Shown here: piece by piece, positions 13,494 to 24,568 of the stretch
Position numbering within the stretch: the first letter of the stretch is position 1
How the letters are laid out: each line of letters opens with the position of its first letter
Notes under the pieces: model-generated
What the model was told of the DNA's origin: nothing
What the model saw: the letters and a program-made list of their open reading frames with translations, nothing else
Databases searched by the model: none
Assembly: GCA_052327205.1 (NCBI GenBank)
Contig: CM126207.1
Span: forward strand, 51,770,001-51,834,000
Reading direction: 5' to 3'
Length of the DNA stretch: 64,000 nucleotides
DNA from: Somniosus microcephalus
Lineage: Eukaryota
Position numbers and translations under genes: made by a program

Positions 13494-14103
13494 GGCCTGA
13501 AATTTGCAGTCCTGAAGCACGCTCTGCACAATGATCTCTCAATCCCTGTGACGGGAACTTACGGTTTTCTGACCTTGAATTGATTTCAATGGAACTTAAT
13601 GGGATCCCCTTGTTCGAACTGCTGTGATGGCAACAGGCTGCCTGAGCAGCCAATCAAAAGGCAGAATTCTCAGACAGCGAACAAAAGGAAGTTCTAACTT
13701 TTTAAAATAGTTAGAGCAAAAGAAAGATTGGAGTTCTCGCATAGGGGAAAAGGCAAGCCTGAAATAAAGATGCACAAACTTTAAAAAAAAAATGTAAACT
13801 TAATTTTTATTAAAATGGACAAATTTCACACTGCTCAAAATTATAATTAATTTTGCAGGCCCTTAACATTTGCTTAACAGTCTCCGCTTTGGGTCTAACT
13901 TTTAGTGGGGAATTTAACAGCATACATACTGCAGAAGTGCTGAAGTTTTCGTCCGTTTCAATGATTTATGAGATTTCGCTGCCGGCTGCGGGGGGTGGCG
14001 GCACAACACAGCCTGTTTCGGAGCTGCCATTGACAATTTGCCAGTTCACCGTCATTCTGACCACACATTCGGGGCCTGTTTCAGCTATAGAAATTTGATT
14101 GCC
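13494..14103. mobile_element. Old Harbinger-type non-autonomous element
   Basis: ATT|GGCCTGAAATTTG ... AAATTTGATTGCC|ATT: degenerate TIRs with ATT on both sides. Confidence 0.45.
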
Positions 14104-14865
14104 ATTTAGTGATTTTCTGCACAACTGCTTCAAAAAGTGATTCTGGTTGCCTTGGTTCCTGGTGCAATGAAGTACACAGCATTTATGTTACAGGACCGGT
14201 TTCAAAATACAGACAGTAATACAAAAACTGGGCTTGCTATCTATAGACTTTCCTTGATACTCAGCGTGAATGCAGAAGAAATAGTAACAATTAACGACAG
14301 CAATGTGGCTTCAGTGGCCATGGGGGGAGAAAATACACATTGAACTCGTACTTGTGTCCTGTAGGGATGCACACTGCCTTTGTTGCTGGCAGCATCCGTG
14401 TAATAAAAATGCAGCACTGTTGTTGATAAAGCTAGTGGGCAGTTTATGATTTAATTTAATCTCCTCCAAATGGCAAGAAAAAGGAAGGATAGTTAAAGTA
14501 ACTAAGGAGAATGTACACCATTAACCAATAAATGTATGACTGGACAAGGTGATTTAATTGAGAAATTTTGCGATATTTCATAGAAGGTGCATAATAGAAA
14601 CATGACTACTGGGTTTATTTCTTAAGTTTAGAAAAAAAAATTTTGCAACTCAAGTCAGAAAGGAGTCTTCAAATAGAATGATATGGTTTTGCATAAAACA
14701 GATCAAAGAAGCAACTATAAAGTTATGATCCTGAAACCAATTTTCTTTTAATCAAAAAATTACTTTTTAGTTTTGAAAGTTAAATACTGCACATTGTCAA
14801 ACTACTTTATGATATCATAAACCTTATGGGGATTCAAAAAGAATAAGTTCCATATCGGATACATT

Positions 14866-15676
14866 GGCCCCGATTTTCCCCCAGCCGTCGGGTGGGATTT
14901 CAGGCAGGCGGGGGCTGAAAATCCTGAATTTTGGGGGTCCCGACACTCCCGCCCAAAACCCCACCCCACAAGTTTCAGGGGTGGGGGGTACCCGCCGAAA
15001 CCAGGCGGGAAGGGATTAGTGCCAATTAACTGCCTGTTAACAGTTAGTTAACAGGCAGTTTTTAGCCTAATCCCTATTTGAGGGGTTTCGTGTGGGTTTC
15101 CCGACTGCTCCAAACCACGCCAGGTTAGAGCAGGCAGGCCGTCGGGTTGGAGGGGTCGCGATGTTGGCGCTCAGGTGAGTGATGGGTGCATGAGTGTAAA
15201 GGTAAGTGTGTTTGGTGTGTCTAAAGTGTGTAAAGAACTTTTACTTACCTGTACTTGCCTTTACAGCCTTTCTTCCTGTAGCCGTCGGGAGCCCATCACT
15301 CAGCCGGAACTGAAAGCTGAACGTCTGCGATCTGTCAAAAGTGGCAGCCTTCAGCTTTGAGTGCTGGTAAGAGTTCTAACTGAGTCTGTGTGGAATGACT
15401 CATGCCAGAACTCAGACTGTCAGTGTTTGACAGCTTCAAACAGCTGTAAAACACTGATATTTCATCTGTCAAAAATTCTTGACAGATGAAATTTCAGTCT
15501 GTGACGTCACCTGTTGCCGGGTGGCCCTTAATTGGCCTGCTGAGCCCGCTGGGCGGGCTCAACAAGGTCAATGAAGGGAAAATCGCACGACTTGGCCGGA
15601 CGTCTAAGTAGGCGGGTCAAAAACCCGAAAGGGGAAGTCCTGCCTTATTCCCGACAGGTTCGGGAAAATCTACCCC
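14866..15676. mobile_element. Harbinger-type non-autonomous element
   Basis: ATT|GGCCCCGATTTTCCC..GTCGGG ... CCCGAC..GGGAAAATCTACCCC|ATT: imperfect TIRs, 3-bp ATT TSD, GC-rich interior. Confidence 0.65.
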
Positions 15677-16584
15677 ATTTTATTTTCAGAGTAGCAAAAA
15701 TGAACTATATTTGGATTGTTTCCTAGTAATACGTGGTCATTGAAAATGCTTTATCTTCTAAGTTTTAATCGTGCATGTAGCAGATCATTTTGTTCTACAT
15801 CCTATGCTCGTTATTCCACTGCTATCTGTGTTGTTCCACCTCTGCTATGCTTAACCTGTCTGCCACAAAGCAGTAAGAAAGGACAAAAAGTGTGATGTTA
15901 TACTTTGTATGCTCTTTAACTTAAAATATTGTTGCTAATAGGGGAAAAAACATGGTGGACTAATACTTAGAGGAATGACCTGAAGAAGATGGCGAGGTCT
16001 TTTACTATGCCATTGGCAGTGTCAGTAGCTAGCCAGGTTAGGATGACTGACTGACTGAAACATTTATGTGAATGGCTGGCAGAGTTTTCCAAGACCAATT
16101 GGGGAAAGTGCTCTCTCTCATCAGCTTGAGGAGCAGTTACACTCTTGCTGCATAGTATGGGAGCTATGATGCCAGATGGAAGGAAACAAGGTAAAAAAAT
16201 AAATTAAATGAAGCTAAACAAAGCAAGTACTTCACATGCAAGGCAGCAGTGCCCCCATTGTGCTTCACTAAAAACTATTATGCTTCAGTGACAACTCTGC
16301 CTAGCAAAAAGTGGAAGTCAGAGTGATTATAATTAGGCTCGTGGTGTTTGCTCTCTCATTAAGATGGTGATCCTTTAAGAACTTGGAAAAGCAAAATTTG
16401 CTGTTACGACAGAGATTATTGTGGTAACTAATATTTCACTCTGTTCCAGCAACACAATTTTACATGTTCATAGGATGGCCATGCTACAAACATTACTAAT
16501 TTAAACTATCTTTCGTACATCATTTCTTTCCTGTCTGTCAAGTAATTGTTGCTTTTATATTTGGTTTAAAATCATATACTTTAG

Positions 16585-16697
16585 GACTTCTCCAGCGATG
16601 ATCCCAAGATAGAATTTAACACCGACGCTGCCAATGGCATAGTCATGGAAGGATATTTATATAAACGAGCCAGCAATGCCTTCAAAACCTGGAACCG
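16585..16697 (+). CDS. ACAP2: ACAP2 exon, PH domain start (DFSSDDPKIEFNTDAANGIVMEGYLYKRASNAFKTWNR)
   Basis: ttag|GAC ... CG|gtaag, 113 nt; near-identical to the ACAP2 PH N-terminus. Confidence 0.96.
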
Positions 16698-17259
16698 GTA
16701 AGATTAGACTTTGGTTTTAGATTGAAATACTCTTCTGCAGTTGCTATGCAATCACAGTACAGTAAAGGGCATGTGGCTAACATAAAATCGTTGATACAGT
16801 GTACACCTATGGTTTTGTGCTGATTATCATTTGTCAGTAGAAATGTGAGAATAATGTCACGAGAGTCCATTACATTAACTGATGAGAACATAAGAATTAT
16901 ATTTCACAACCAAATGAAATAGCTAGTTACCAGATTTTTTTCATCTTGCATGTAATGACGGAATACAATACAAAATTGTCAAACATCAGATTTGGCTGTC
17001 CAAAATGATACTCTAGTTTTCCTTAAACATTTCCAATTAAACCTTGTATGATTTGGAAAATTTAAACTACAAAAGCAGTTTATCGAACAAGCCAAGGCTT
17101 ACAGTAGATCATTAGTGACTGATTTAAAGTTGGGAAATGCTGCAAAGCCACCTAGGCTCAAAGCGGTACACTCCAGTTAACCAAGCTTGATTACAACTGA
17201 AACTGCTTGGAAAATTATGCTAGCCAAAAGCAAGTAGACTCATTCTATTTGGCTTGAAC

Positions 17260-18440
17260 TTGCTTGTATGCAGTTTGACCGTGTCACATTTAAGCGGGGT
17301 AACCTCTTTCTGAACATTCAGACTTCCAGCGTATCAGGAGCTTCTAGTGATGTTCATTAAGTGGCAGGTCTGAGTTTTCTGGGGGCTGGTTGTGTTCTCC
17401 AATTATTGCTGTTTCTCTTCTGAGAGGTGGCGGCAAGATATGTGCACGGCAGGGAGCCAGACTGTCTGTATTGTTTTCAGTACTCCTGTGATGATTCTCA
17501 TAGCAGTGTCAAGTTGCACGTCAATGAGATTTGCATGTGCACTCCCTGCCCACGCTGGTGCGCAATATACTGAAAAAACACGAGCCAAGGTGTCTGTCTG
17601 CAAAGTGTGAGCATCTGTACCCCAACTTGTCCTGGCTAATTTGGAGATTAAGTTGATCCTAGTCTTTATCTTGACGACAGTTTTCGTCAGATGTTGACGT
17701 GAAACTACGATCCAGAGCCACTCCAAGTTAATTTGGGAAGTCATCGTGCCTGAGTTCAGTATGACCGAAGGGAGCATTCAGGCGCTTCTTCGCATGCCAG
17801 TTGCTCAAATGAAATGCAGAGACGAACACTTTCTGAGGATTCGGATGAAGCCGCCACAGTTATAATAGTCAGCAAGTATTTTTAAGTCGTCTGCAAGTGT
17901 GTGTTACGCTTGGGCAAGAGTTGCTTGGACGGCTATCACAAGGTCATCTGCATATCCAGATGTCCTCAACTGAGTTGGTGGGATGTCACTGATGTAAATA
18001 CAAAAAAGTGATGATGCCAAGACTGACCCCTGTGGGAGCTCATTATTCAGTTGTTGAGGTCTGCTAATCGTGAGATACCGCTGAACTTGTGGTTAGTGAG
18101 CATGGCTGTTAGGCCAATGTTTGCTTGCAGCGTCGTATTCTAGATATTTTCAGCAGTAGACCGTCCCTCCCTACCACATCATATGCTCCAGACAAGTCCA
18201 CAAAAGCCACTGCTGTTTTGTGCCCACACTAATAACCAGCTTCAATGTGGGTTGAGAGTACAATTACCTGGTCACAGGAGTTCTGTCCAGGTCTAAACCC
18301 ACATTGCTCCTTTGGGTCGTAATCCCCGAAGAGTGGCATGAGTCTTTGGGTTAACATCCTTTCCAGGAATTTGCACAAAACACCCAGTAATGATATCGGC
18401 CAGTAATTTTTTGGAGCATCGGTTGGTTTGCGACTGCTGT
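17260..18440 (-). mobile_element. Vingi/Ingi-like non-LTR retrotransposon RT fragment
   Basis: ORF 17403..17777 has RINLISKLARTSWG...YCAPAW...DVQLDTAMRIITG. Upstream minus-strand remnants resemble PQGSVLA, YADD and YRPISLL. Confidence 0.65.
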
Positions 18441-18504
18441 TCTGAAAGGATCATTAGAAATATGTAAACAAAATTAATATTGTGAAGAACATTACAAAAT
18501 GTAA

Positions 18505-18680
18505 AATCAAAAAAAAAAAAATGCTAGGAATACTCAGGTCAGGCAGCAGAACTGACGAAAGGTCATTGACCTGAAACGTTAACTCTGTTTCTTTTTCCAC
18601 AGATGCTGCCTGACCGAGTGTTTCCAGCATTTTCTGCTTTTATTTTAAATTTCCAGCATCTGCAGAATTTTGCTTTTGTA
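18505..18680. mobile_element. Penelope-type inverted terminal-repeat remnant
   Basis: A short arm (aaaatgctaggaatactcaggtcaggcagca) is inverted against a long arm (tgctgcctgaccgagtgtttccagcatttt). It contains CTGACGA-hairpin-GAAAC. Confidence 0.6.
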
Positions 18681-18792
18681 ATACACTGTAGTACAGAATG
18701 TGATGGTTACTACGGTTAACTATATAGGTCCAACCAATCTTGCATAAACAAGAACTCTGGGGCAGGGGAAACAGGGTGGTTGGAGAAACATT

Positions 18793-19337
18793 GGCCTGGA
18801 TATTAACAGGGGACGGGTTACGAGGCGTGGGGGCGAAGTTTTGGACGGAAGGTCCAGGTTTCCCCACATGTTGTGGTGTTTTAACTGCCCGGAAGTCAGC
18901 CTGATTTGACTTGCAGGGCACAAGACCAGGTAGGTCCGATCCACGACCCCGGTGGGCAGGGAGATCCGATCTCCAACCTGGTCGGGGGGGGGCCCCGATC
19001 ACTGACCCTGGGGGAAGGACTCCAGCTCCTCCTGGCCCACAAGCAGCGCTGTGATGGCACTTACCTCCTCACCGAAACTGTCCTTGCCTTGCTTCAGCTG
19101 CAAGCTTTCCCGAGGCCTGAGAAACGGCCTCCCACTGTCGAACCTAAATCAGAGGCCTCTAGCCTCTAACATTTAAATTGCCAGCCCGCCTCCTGGGAGC
19201 TGGTTGACTGCCCATCCCTTGTCCTGCCTCCGTAAAACCCGGAAGTAGGCGGGTTGGGGTTGGGGTTCAGAATTTTTAAATTTTCACTCCCCACCCATTT
19301 TGTGTGTCCTAAAATACCCCCCCCCCCCCCCGCCCCC
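18793..19337. mobile_element. Harbinger-type non-autonomous element (right end blurred by poly-C)
   Basis: Starts ATT|GGCCTGGATATT, has a GC-rich interior, and ends taaaata(C)n followed by aat. Confidence 0.45.
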
Positions 19338-19659
19338 AATTAAGTCTGCAATTTAATTTTCTTTTGTAGAGTAATATTTTTGTGCACAAAAGAACACCTA
19401 TGAAGAAGTTTCAATTTTGTACTTACGAGCTTTTTGCCAGGTAATTCAAGTTTCTGAAAATCCGTGACAGACTATTTCCTTCAGCACTTAATTTAAAAAA
19501 AAAAAAAAAAAAATCAAATCCTGTACTTAAAATGTGCATGAACATTTTCCCAAGCCTGACCATTCACTTCCTGCCAAGACTTGCTGTTTGTAAGTCCCGC
19601 CTCTTCGTCCACCCCTGTGTAGTGATGGAAAACTACTGCTGACAAAATCCCCCAGATTG

Positions 19660-20330
19660 ATCTGGAAAGGAGTCGATTGAGAGGTGGTCTGATAGAGGTA
19701 GACAAGATTGTTAAGGGTATAGGAAAATTAATCCGGAATCTTACTTCAAATTAAACTGCAGGAGTAGAACTAGGGGACACTGGTACAAAATAGAGAAGGG
19801 TATCTTTTGGGCAAATATCAGGAAATTTTTAAGTGTGATCAAAGTATCGAATAAACTTCCAGATAGAGTAGTGGAGGCAAAATCTCTTGAAGACTAAATA
19901 AACAACTGAATGCTACAATGAGGATACATTAGGATTCTTATCTTTGTTTTCAGATCCCTCCAGTGCCTCGCCCTTGCCTATCTCTGTTACCTCCTCCAGC
20001 CTTACAAACCTTTGAAATCTCTGTGCTCCTCCAATTCTGGCCTTATGCACATCCTTGATTTTCATAGCTTCAGCTGCCTAGTCCCTAAGCTCTGGAATTC
20101 CCCCTTAAACCTCACCACCTCTTAAGACGCTTCTTAAAACCTAGCCCTTTGATCAAGCCAGTCCTGATATCTCCTTGTGGCTTGGTGTAAAATGTTGTTT
20201 GATAACGCTCCTGTGAAGCGCCTTGGGACATTCTACTACATTAAAGGCGCAACATAAATGCAAGTTGCTGTTGTAGGATCCCTCTGGGTGGATGAATTCT
20301 GATGGGCCAAATGGTCTTCCCCGTCTGTGC
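19660..20330 (+). mobile_element. Decayed CR1 3' fragment with nested L2 3' end (about 19950-20275)
   Basis: CR1-like remnant (RGGLIEV; tail gatgggccaaatggtcttcc) split by an L2 tail ending aaaggcgcaacataaatgcaagttgctgttg. Confidence 0.65.
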
Positions 20331-20894
20331 AACAGGATCACATGATAATTACAATCATACCTGTATCATACATTTCTATAATTAGACAGAGCTTCATAAA
20401 CTCCCCATACCAATACCCACAGCATCACTGAAGCATGCTGAGGAAAATTTGCGTTGTCCAAATTTTTCCCTGGGCAGAACAATGGGAGATTCACTAGTAT
20501 GTAGTAAATTTGTAGTGACTGCATGCTTACTCATGAAATGTACAAACTATTTCAAGTCTTTATGCAGTGGGTTTCTGTCTCCTATGGTATATAACTTTTA
20601 CTCCATGGTTATTGATCAGTGTACAGTACTGAAATCAAATGCATGTTTCTGTAATTTTATAGTCACCTCTTGAAAATGTGAAACTGTTGATTTGTATCAA
20701 ACAGTACAAGACTACTCAATCTCCTCTGTTTTGTTGGGACCTTGCACAAAAAGGCTATGCTAGCTTATACTGCTTTACTTTTAGTATGCATTTAATCTTC
20801 CTGTGTTTTCAGATCATAGTGTTTCATTTTACTATTTTCATTTTTTCTGTTTTCTTTCTATGTCTTGATCCCACCCCATTTTGTCATGTGACAG

Positions 20895-20915
20895 GAAAAA
20901 GACCCCCCACATCAG
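20895..20915 (+). CDS. ACAP2: Candidate ACAP2 21-nt microexon (KKTPHIR), phase 2-2, PH beta1-beta2 loop
   Basis: Long U-rich tract, then acag|GAAAAAGACCCCCCACATCAG|gtacca. The phase fits the 16697/23190 intron exactly, giving TWNR-KKTPHIR-RWFS. Confidence 0.7.
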
Positions 20916-21499
20916 GTACCAACCTGTCAGCTGGACATCTTATCTGCTCCCCATTCCTATCTCTGCATATTAGCTCTCACCTGTCTGCAAGTGTCCAAAG
21001 AACTTCGGGTAAACCTGGTTTAATCCACGGCCTATGAACTGGTCACTGTGCTGTCCTTTTTACAGCATGGGCACTGTGTTAGCTGCAAACCAGAGGCAGC
21101 ATTCTTTGCTTGTTTTGCCTTTCGCAATATTAACAACTAATCATCCTTTCTACTAACCTGCTGCACTTCAAGTTCTGACTGTGTGGTAAACTGATGGTTT
21201 TAATAAAGAAAATGTTCAAGTTTTAAAATTCCATGCTACGGAAGTGTTCAACTAACGAACTTGGTTTATTTAGAAAAAAATCGTTTACTCACATTTGTTT
21301 TTAAAAAAAGACTTTTAATATCAGTTTTGTGAAAACTAGGTTTCTTTTTCAAATCTATTTTTCAAGTGTTTTTGTTCTTAAAGTGAAAATAAACATATGG
21401 TTTAAAATGATCACATTTCATTAGTCACTAGAAAATGTATTTCCATTTTATAATCAATTTATGGTGCAATGGAGTGGCAGGATGAAGATTTGCAGGGAT

Positions 21500-21810
21500 A
21501 TAATAGTATAGTGCGTATGGTATTAGACTAACAACCTAGCTTTTGAGCGTTCAAATCCCACCAAGACAGTTTGGGAAATTGAATTCAATAAATCTGGTGA
21601 TTTGTGGGCTGATGCCAGAAAAAATTAGCTTGAAAGTTGGTGGATTGTTGTAAAATCTCAAGTGGTTTCTAATGTCTTTTCCTGCTCCTGCCTGGTCTGG
21701 CTGATATGATTGCAGACCACTCTATGTGGTTGATCCTTAAAACCAGCAAGCAATTAGAGATGGGCAATAAGTGTGACCTTGCCAGTATCACCTACATCCC
21801 AACAACATTT
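21500..21810 (+). mobile_element. SINE-like derivative sharing both ends with the CR1-clade LINE family
   Basis: B-box-like gttcaaatccc head, a middle part (cagacc..atgtggttga..cttaa) matching the LINE 5' end at 13290-13345, and a tail (gatgggcaataa..ccttgccag) matching the LINE 3' end. Confidence 0.65.
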
Positions 21811-22029
21811 ATAAAAAAAAAAGAAAAAAGTCCCCTTCATGGGATTCTAGTTTCAAAGTGTTGAGGCACTTCTCTAGAGGAAGGGAAAGTGGAGGGGTGA
21901 TCACCCGAAGTAACGTTACGTACTACTTTATCGTCAACACAGGTGGACACATGTCGTTGGCCTTGGCTAGGGAATACTGTGTGTCAGAAAAAGGGGTGGG
22001 GAGCAGAAAGCAGGGCGGGGGAGAGAAAG

Positions 22030-22320
22030 AGGATCTCTCCCAGTAACTCAGTTGTGGAAGTATGTGTGTAGCTGAGAGACATGGACCAACGTTCCTGGTT
22101 TGCGCTGAGCTAGCTGATCAATTGGCATTGGCACCTCAGGCTAGGGAAAAAAGAAAATCAGCTAAGTTTCTGCTCCTGATCACTGTCCAGTGATCATGTT
22201 GAAAACTGCATATGTATGGGCATGGCCTGAGAACAGAATCGGGTTTGGCTGTGGTTCCCCCCTCCATGGTAAAATAGCACGAATAGTACTGTCGGCTCAC
22301 ACATGGCCACTTGAGTTAAG
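22030..22320 (+). mobile_element. LF-SINE-like element
   Basis: ctgagctagctgatc...aaaatcagctaagtttctgctcctgatcactgtccagtgatc; a reverse-oriented homolog lies at about 38055-38100. Confidence 0.5.
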
Positions 22321-22342
22321 TGCTGGTGGAGATGGAGTCATT

Positions 22343-23041
22343 GGCCTAGAAATTCGGTGGCGTCCCGTTTGGGGCGCCAGTCTTGCCAGGGTGCCGGAAG
22401 TACCGCCCCGGAAGGAGTCGCGAGCGCCCGCCGGAAATTCAGTTTGAGCGCCCCAAACGGAAGCGTGGCGCTACTCGAGGCGCCCCGCATCCGTCTTGGG
22501 GCGCTTCAACTGAAAATCGCAGCGCAACGTGCCGCAGCACCACACGCTGCGGCACGGCGCGCTATGGTACTGCAGGCCTTCCTCCCCTTAAAGGGGAGGG
22601 GCCTGCTGCAGCGCGATCTGAGATTGCGAGTGCTGGCAAAAGAGCCCGGCACCGAGGAGAAGTGCTGGGCTCTTGGGAGACAGCTGGCACAACGCGGGGG
22701 GCGGGGGTGCTCAGGAGGCCAGGGACGGCTGCGCGAAGAGGTGCTGGCAGGCAGCCAGCAAAAAAAAATGGCCGCCCCGCACCTCAGCGCCTCTACCGCC
22801 GCAGGTAGGCCCCCCTGAACCGGTTGCAAATTGCGACCGGCATTACAGCGGGGGGCGCTACCAAATTTCACGATCGGGGCGCTGCGCACACCGATGACAT
22901 CATCGGTGGCGCAGCGCTACCGGCTAACGCCGCCCTTAGCGCCCTGCTAAATTTCGCGGGAGGCGTGGCCAGTGGGGCTAAACCCACTAAGTGCCCTCTT
23001 TGGGCGCTAACTGGTGGCACAGCCCACCGAATTTCTAGGCC
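22343..23041. mobile_element. Young GC-rich Harbinger-type MITE
   Basis: Perfect 18-bp TIR GGCCTAGAAATTCGGTGG (22343-22360 and 23024-23041) with ATT TSD (22340-22342, 23042-23044). Confidence 0.88.
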
Positions 23042-23189
23042 ATTGCCTTCAGAAAAGGAGAAAATCGGCCTACAAGAAGCAGTGGAGCAGGACTGTTTTC
23101 AAAGCTGTCCATATATTGCAGTCATTAAATGTATATTTTGTTTTTGTAGTACTCTCCCATCTACAACCTACAAGTTTTTCTCTTTACAG

Positions 23190-23241
23190 GCGATGGTTTT
23201 CAATTCAGAACAACCAGCTTGTTTACCAAAAGAAGTTTAAG
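23190..23241 (+). CDS. ACAP2: ACAP2 exon, PH (RWFSIQNNQLVYQKKFK)
   Basis: acag|G ... AAG|gtaagc, 52 nt, phase 2-0. Confidence 0.96.
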
Positions 23242-23646
23242 GTAAGCAAAAAGTGCATTGTGTATTGAACATAAAATGTTGAGCTATCAGCTGCCAATTA
23301 TTTAGTAATAAATCTTAAGTTAATGATACCAAGGTTCAGAAACACGGTGTCACTAATACCACCCATACAAATCCTCACCAAAAAAAAATCAGTAAAATTG
23401 AAATCATCTTTATAAAGACGACTCTGTACCAGTGTATGACTGTAAAGTCATAGTCTAATACGTTTCATTTGGCTTTTGTAAACCTGTTGAGCGGTTACTG
23501 TTTTTGTTTCATGGCACCTGAACGCCATAATTAGATTTAATCCTTATATTTGCTCTCCAGTAGCAATGGTTCTATGATAACCAGTATTGTTTAAACATTG
23601 AACCATTTTAATATAGCTGAACAATTTTTTTTAAATTTCCTCACAG

Positions 23647-23747
23647 GATTGCCTCACTGTAGTAGTTGATGATTTACGACTTTGTACAGTCAAACCATGT
23701 GAGGATATTGAAAGGCGTTTCTGTTTTGAAGTAGTGTCTCCTACAAA
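23647..23747 (+). CDS. ACAP2: ACAP2 exon, PH (DCLTVVVDDLRLCTVKPCEDIERRFCFEVVSPTK)
   Basis: acag|GAT ... AA|gtaagt, 101 nt. Confidence 0.96.
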
Positions 23748-24096
23748 GTAAGTGCCCACACATTTTGCCTACATTGTAAAGGACTATAATTATGATTCAG
23801 AATGTATTTTGTGTGTACCTCTGCATGCAGATTTATTTTGCAAGTTAAACTTTGATTTTAAGATCTGAAAATAGCCCTCTTGTGGGAACAAAAGGAAATA
23901 ACACACAGACAGCTGGTGTTTTCAGGCTGCATATGATTTTGCTGCATGGTCATAAATTTTTATTGATGTTCAGTACCAGTTTTTGCATAGTGCTAAACAC
24001 TTTTTTAAGTCTGTAGTCACCAGTACTTTGTCATGTTGCCCATTATTTTCAAAGATGCAGTCTTAGTGCCAACATGGCAGAATAGTAAATAAAGTA

Positions 24097-24199
24097 AAAT
24101 AAAAACAGAAAATGCTGGAAATACCCAGCAGGTCAGGCAGCATCTGTGGAGAGAGAAACAGTTAATGTTTCAGTCGATGACCCTTCGTCAGAACTGGTC
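24097..24199. mobile_element. Penelope-type terminal-repeat fragment
   Basis: aaaacagaaaatgctggaaata...gatgacccttcgtcagaactg, flanked by aataaagta direct repeats. Confidence 0.6.
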
Positions 24200-24456
24200 A
24201 ATAAAGTAGTTGGGTTTCATCTTTTTTTGTACTTACTAATGTTTGATATACAAAATTGATGAAATATAAAGTTGTACTCGTGATTCTCATCGTTATCAAT
24301 TGCTTCCAAGTTCAGCATGAAGAATTTTAACTTTTTTCATACATGATATATTTTCAGTAATGGTAGTACTTGGATAATAGCCAAGACATCTAAATCTTGC
24401 TATTTGTTTCCAGTGGCTCCATAAATGTTAAATCTCTGCATGTTTTCATCTTACAG

Positions 24457-24568
24457 GAGCTGTATGCTGCAAGCAGATTCTGAAAAAATCCGACAAGTCT
24501 GGATCAAAGCTGTTCAAGCTAGCATAGCTACAGCATACAAAGAGAAAGGAGAAGAGAGCTATGCAGAT
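24457..24568 (+). CDS. ACAP2: ACAP2 exon, PH end (SCMLQADSEKIRQVWIKAVQASIATAYKEKGEESYAD)
   Basis: acag|G ... GAT|gtgcgt, 112 nt, phase 2-0. Confidence 0.92.

Noticed and set aside
22190-23268. Several overlapping 75-153 aa ORFs
   Set aside because: By-products of a GC-rich MITE; only 23190-23241 is a real exon.
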